Virus record (IMG/VR): IMGVR_UViG_3300027985_001320
Coordinates: 1 to 55,736 of that record
DNA from: a virus
Taxonomy: Duplodnaviria > Caudoviricetes
Direction: 5' to 3' (one strand)
DNA: 55,736 nucleotides
In this document: piece by piece, positions 55,518 through 55,736 of the stretch
How positions within the stretch are numbered: position 1 is the stretch's first letter
How the letters are laid out: every line of letters starts with the position of its first letter
Notes under the pieces: generated by a model
What the model was told of the DNA's origin: nothing
The model's database searches: none
The model's input: the letters and a program-made list of their open reading frames with translations, nothing else
Program-made: the position numbers and the translations under genes

Positions 55518-55736
55518 TTCGTCGGCCACGAGTTTGATGTTCTACTTCGATACCGCGGTGGGGGGTAACGCTGCATCATTCGGCCAGTTAACGGCGAGTC
55601 GTAAGGCCGGTGGTGGAACGTCCGACGGCACCCAGGGTGTCTTTATCGGCGGTACTGTAAGTTATACCAACAGTAAAACCATCGACTACTTCACGTTCGA
55701 TAGCCCCGCCAATGCGGCGGACTACGGTGATTTAGA
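55492..55736 (+). pseudogene. Out-of-frame (+1) continuation of the kelch-like propeller of the preceding gene, running off the window end
   Basis: Translates QAVTGGGYNSSATSLMFYFDTAVGGNAASFGQLTASRKAGGGTSDGTQGVFIGGTVSYTNSKTIDYFTFDSPANAADYGDL, i.e. two more blades. Confidence 0.7.

Noticed and set aside
50680-55736. Diversity-generating retroelement or CRISPR-like array behind the repeats
   Set aside because: The repeats are degenerate protein-level repeats. I saw no near-identical template/variable pair differing at adenines, no reverse transcriptase, and no fixed-length repeat-spacer pattern in the window.

Overview
This window is a segment of a phiKZ-related jumbo myophage (Chimalliviridae-like). 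Chimallin and PhuZ are not in the window, so nucleus formation is only inferred. It is read with the standard genetic code and is densely coding. It carries the conserved virion-morphogenesis blocks: large terminase, phiKZ gp26/27/28-like proteins, tail sheath and tube, a gp182-like protein, a 2269-aa gp181-like tail protein with a lytic transglycosylase domain, four split virion RNA polymerase subunits, the prohead protease, a RecA/UvsX-like recombinase, RNase H, a spanin-like pair, and two paralogous gp157-like virion proteins extended with beta-propeller repeats. It also has a tRNA-Leu(UAA), a SEC-C motif gene and several small accessory genes. phiKZ gp numbers come from recalled motifs and synteny, not from a database search. 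Most interesting observations: (1) the prohead protease and its likely head substrates carry S-X-Q where this family normally has the S/A/G-X-E maturation motif, suggesting a Gln-specific protease; (2) a ~670-nt non-coding leader with origin-like features and a candidate multi-domain structured RNA; (3) a frame switch near 55,493 that splits a 6-bladed propeller 4+2; (4) a family of hairpins followed by TATGCCG and a repeated 26-nt promoter-like motif; (5) several paralog pairs and internal duplications among the unknown genes.
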